64,000 nt of DNA from Gracilinanus agilis (Eukaryota), in contig NC_058131.1 in NCBI RefSeq assembly GCF_016433145.1, positions 602,456,185 to 602,520,184 of the forward strand. Reading direction: 5' to 3'. The notes under the pieces are model-generated. The model was not told where the DNA came from and did no database searches. It saw only the letters and a list, made by a program, of their open reading frames with translations. Below are positions 60,366 to 64,000 of this stretch, in pieces. The number at the start of each line of letters is the position of its first letter. Within the stretch, counting starts at the first letter, position 1. A program made the position numbers and the translations under genes.

Positions 60366-60934
60366 CTGGAGAATAGACATTGATGTAAATATATAAATAT
60401 GTGTGCTTGCATTTTAACTTTAAGTATTGCATAAAAAATATATGAAAGCAACTTAGAGAGAGTAGGGGTTAATGCATCTCACAATAGAGAGATCGAACTG
60501 ACTGAATTTCCTTCTAGTGGGGAAATTCCCTCTTATTTTTGCAGATCAGCAATTAGCAAAAATGTTCTACTACTTACAGCCTTAAAGAGTAGCCTGGGTC
60601 ACTGAGAAGTTAATTGCCTTGCCCACAGTTCTATGGTCACTCTGTGTTAGAAATAGAACTGGAATCCAGGGCTTCCTTTGGCCATTTTGGCATGTTGCTT
60701 TTCAGAATTGATTCTATCAGCTTAAAATGATTTTGTTCTTTCAATACTAATGTGATTTAAAAATTAACATTAAGAGAAATAAAAACACCTGGCATTCATA
60801 CCTGTCTTTTTTATATGCACAGCTTGAAAGTTTGTAAAGGGCTTTGAATATATTACTCATTGGTGCTCCAGGACATCTACAGGGAAGGACTGTGTGGTGT
60901 ATTGGTTAGAGAACCAGTTGTCAGTTGTTGTTAA

Positions 60935-62730
60935 TGGTTTTTCTAAACCCCTTTTACGGTCTTCTCAGCAAAGATTTTGGAGTGGTTTACCACTTCCTTC
61001 TCTAGCTTATTTTCCAGATGAGTAACCAGAGGCAAGCAGGATTAAGTGACTTGACCAGGGTTACATAGCTAGTAAGTTTCTAAGGCTGGATTTGAATTCA
61101 CACAAATGAGTCTTTCTGACTCCAGTCCTGCTCTCTATCCACTGTGCCACCTACCTGCCTATTGAGAGGCACCCTAAGTTCAGACCCTGCCTCTGACTTT
61201 TTATTAGTCAAGTGACCCTGGACAAATCCCTCAGGGCTCTCTAAGACTGAGTTGAACAACAGTTGTTCATTGGGAAAAGGCATTTCTTCATCCCACAGAG
61301 CAGCGAAAACTCAAATTCTGAGCAATCTCTTCACCAATGAAAACAATCACAAAACATCCCACAACTCTGTGAAATAGCTACTGGTGACTGTAGTAACAAA
61401 TATTGCTTTAGAGAGAAAATAGGCTTGGAAGAAGTCATAGGGCTGGTAAGAATAGTAGCTAACATTTATGCAGTGCTTGCTATGAGCTGGGCACTGTAGT
61501 AAGTATTTTACAATTATTATCTCATTTGGTCCCCTCATTATTGTGGGAGAAAGGTGCTGTTATTTTCACCTTCCTTTAACAAACAAAGAAACTGAGGCAG
61601 AGAGGGGTTACAGAAATCACCCAATTATGTAACATAGCCAGTAAATGTCTGAGATTGGATTTGAACTCAGCTTTGTCCTGTCTCCAGGATAAACTCTAGC
61701 CGCTATACCTTTTCCATGGCCCAAGTTTCAGAGCTAGGATTGCCTCAGGTCTTTCCAACCCAAACCAAGTGGTCTTTCCACTGTTCCATATTTTACACAC
61801 TCAGAGAAATAATAATGAAGTCCATGGCTAGCTGCCAGCTAACAAAGAGCAAAAAATTAAAGTCAAAGGTCCCACTCTTCCATTCAGCACTAAAGTTATT
61901 TGACTAGCTGTGTATCTTGGGGAAGTGACATAGCCTCTCTCAGCCTTAATTTCCTTATTTGCAAAAATGGAGATTTGGACTAGATTATTTCTTTTTTAAA
62001 TTTTTATTTCTCAAAACTATTACCTCTATTTTAAAATTGATAATGAGTATCAGTTCCAAGGCAGAAGGGCAGTAAGGGCTAGGAAATTGGGCTTTAATGA
62101 CTTAGCTGAGGGTCACACAGCTATGAAGTGTCTGTGGCCAAATTTGAAGCCAGGATCTCTAGACTTGTCTCTCTATCCAGTAAGTCACAAAACTGCTGCT
62201 CCTAGATTATTTCTAATACCTAGTAAAACACTATAATCATAACTTCCTACAAGAGAATTAGAATGTTTCTCTGCTTTGCTTTTAAGCTTTTAAAGGTCTT
62301 TTCAGCTCTGATTCTAGGAACATCAAAACTTTAAATCTGAAGCTGTTAAAAACAAACTGGATTAAACTAGAAAATATTAATAGCCACTAATTACCCAGAG
62401 ATGAAATCTGCACAAATTGCCAATAAAGTCTTTTTCCACAGAAACCAGTCAGTTGTAGTAGCCCCTTGTGGTAGGAGAACCTAGGTGGTGCAGTGGAGAA
62501 AGCTGAGTCTGGAAATCATATAAATCTGAGTTCAAATTAAGACTCAGACACTTACTGGCTGTATGACCCTGGGGGAGTCACCTCTCTCAGTTACTCCTAT
62601 AAAATGAGGATCTTTATAGCACCTACCTCCCAACTGTTGTTGGGAAGATCAAATGAGATAAGAATAGTAAAGTGCTTAGCATAATGCCTGGCATGTAGTA
62701 AGTGCCAAATAAATGCTAATTATTATTCTT
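60935..62730. mobile_element. SINE cluster: Mar1 (-, ~60935-61160), other CORE-SINEs, MIR (-), SINE2-like (-, ~61995-62200), MIR (+, ~62480-62730)
   Basis: Repeated tRNA heads, CORE motifs and family-specific tails. Confidence 0.75.
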
Positions 62731-63373
62731 GGTCCTTTAGTATCTATCTTTTGTAGTGTTAAAATTCTCTGGAGACTGTATATTTATTTATAATTATTTA
62801 TTAGAGAGGGAGGAACACATTGCTACTCATTTTCCTTTGTTGGGTAGACCTATAAGCAAAGACAAAGAAGAGAATATTAATTGGGAGCTTCCTACCCTCT
62901 CTTTATTTCTCCTTTACATGACTGTTTAGGCACTGTTGTTACAGCTATGATTGAACCATGTAAAAAAACCATTATTTTTTCCTCCATTGGTCAGAATGTG
63001 TCATCTTTCACTCTCTTGGGGGGCAAATTGTCAGAGGGTCTATTGCATTTGGATTTAGACCTTTGTAGACTAATGTGTGAAAGGGTATCTGAGCTTAAAA
63101 GCAGAGCCCAGAAATATTCTAGTTCTTCATAGGAAATTATAATCATAATGCTTTGCTAGATTTTAACATTCCCAGTTGGATTTGTGTTTGCTTGGAGCTT
63201 TCCAATCATTTCTGTGAATTATACCAGTGTAGTTGTGTGAAGAGAATGGAATACAAATAAATGGCTTTTTTCTTTTTTATTAAAAAATTATGAGCCCTGG
63301 TCCTAGACCAAACAGGGAAGTAATGAAATCCAATCCTACTTATGTCTCCTCTTTGTTAAGAGGTCTCCCATTG

Positions 63374-63604
63374 CAAGGGTCCTTCACCTTTTGTGTGCTA
63401 AGGTCCCTTGGACATTCCAATGAAGCCTATTGTTGATCTATAGAAATTATTTATCAACTATAGACCCCAGTCTGAAGTCCATAGACTCCTTCTTACAAGA
63501 ATGTTTTTAATGCATAAAAAATACATAAGACTGCAAAAGAAACTAATCATATTGAAATACAGTTATTAAAATATTTCAAAACTATATACCAGGTTAAGAA
63601 CCCT
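63374..63604 (+). mobile_element. Charlie-type hAT MITE
   Basis: caagggtccttcacctttt...ccaggttaagaacccta termini; same body as 55478-55635. Confidence 0.72.
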
Positions 63605-64000
63605 AATCTTTCTGCCTTACAGACTTCCTGTCTTTTTTTAGGTCCCTGGTCCCTGTTACTACTCTTCACTGGTTTTCTTGAGGACTCCCCAGCCTTGTAC
63701 CTATAACATATTTCTGGTCCTTTCTCTGAATTCTCTCTAATCCTCCCAACAATTTACTTGCCCCGAATGCCATTCCATCAAGGCAAGTGTTTAATGATGG
63801 TATTTTAAAAAACGGCAGCCAATCAGTCAGTAAACATCTTGAGGTCATCACCCAGTGTCCTGGGCATTTTTCCTGGCACAGGTCCCCAGGTAATGCTGCT
63901 TTCAAATAGTGAACTCAAATGGGTTGTCATTAGGGAAGTAGAAGGCCCTGGGAAAGGGATATAGAAGCAATGATAATATTCAGGGTTTAGGTCTAGTGGG

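Noticed and set aside
63666-63905. 79-aa minus-strand ORF with LERIQRK
   Set aside because: More likely a degenerate CR1-type LERVQRR remnant or chance than a gene.
1-64000. CRISPR arrays, rRNA, tRNA, snRNA or 7SL genes
   Set aside because: None seen. The tRNA-like sequences are SINE heads, and the recurring motifs are dispersed SINE cores, not repeat-spacer arrays.

Overview
AT-rich, CpG-poor mammalian genomic DNA with four assembly gaps. The repeat content points to a marsupial, most likely Monodelphis domestica. It includes young SINE1_Mdo-type and SINE2-type CORE-SINEs, Mar1 CORE-RTE SINEs, MIR/MIR3, MdoRep1-like pieces, abundant L2 and L3/CR1 relics, L1 fragments, ERV solo LTRs and hAT MITEs. 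Family names come from my recall of consensus sequences and need RepeatMasker/Dfam confirmation; most repeat boundaries are approximate. I cannot name any protein-coding gene. Nearly all listed ORFs are gap, microsatellite or retroelement artefacts. A few plus-strand exon candidates have good splice signals, notably 7889-7943 plus 8037-8312, 15230 onward and 52762-52956. Together with a minus-strand bias of retroelements, they suggest that much of the window lies in plus-strand transcription unit(s). The clearest structural observations are: (1) a ~99% identical 250-bp inverted duplication (21383-21632 / 23260-23520) whose junctions imply a recent 1.6-kb inversion, abutting a truncated inverted L1; (2) two TSD-flanked hAT MITEs, one with a clean hairpin deletion; (3) an L3 > LTR > SINE triple nest with intact TSDs and an LTR-borne CTCF-like motif; (4) several local templated or tandem duplications. 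I found no convincing new biological system.
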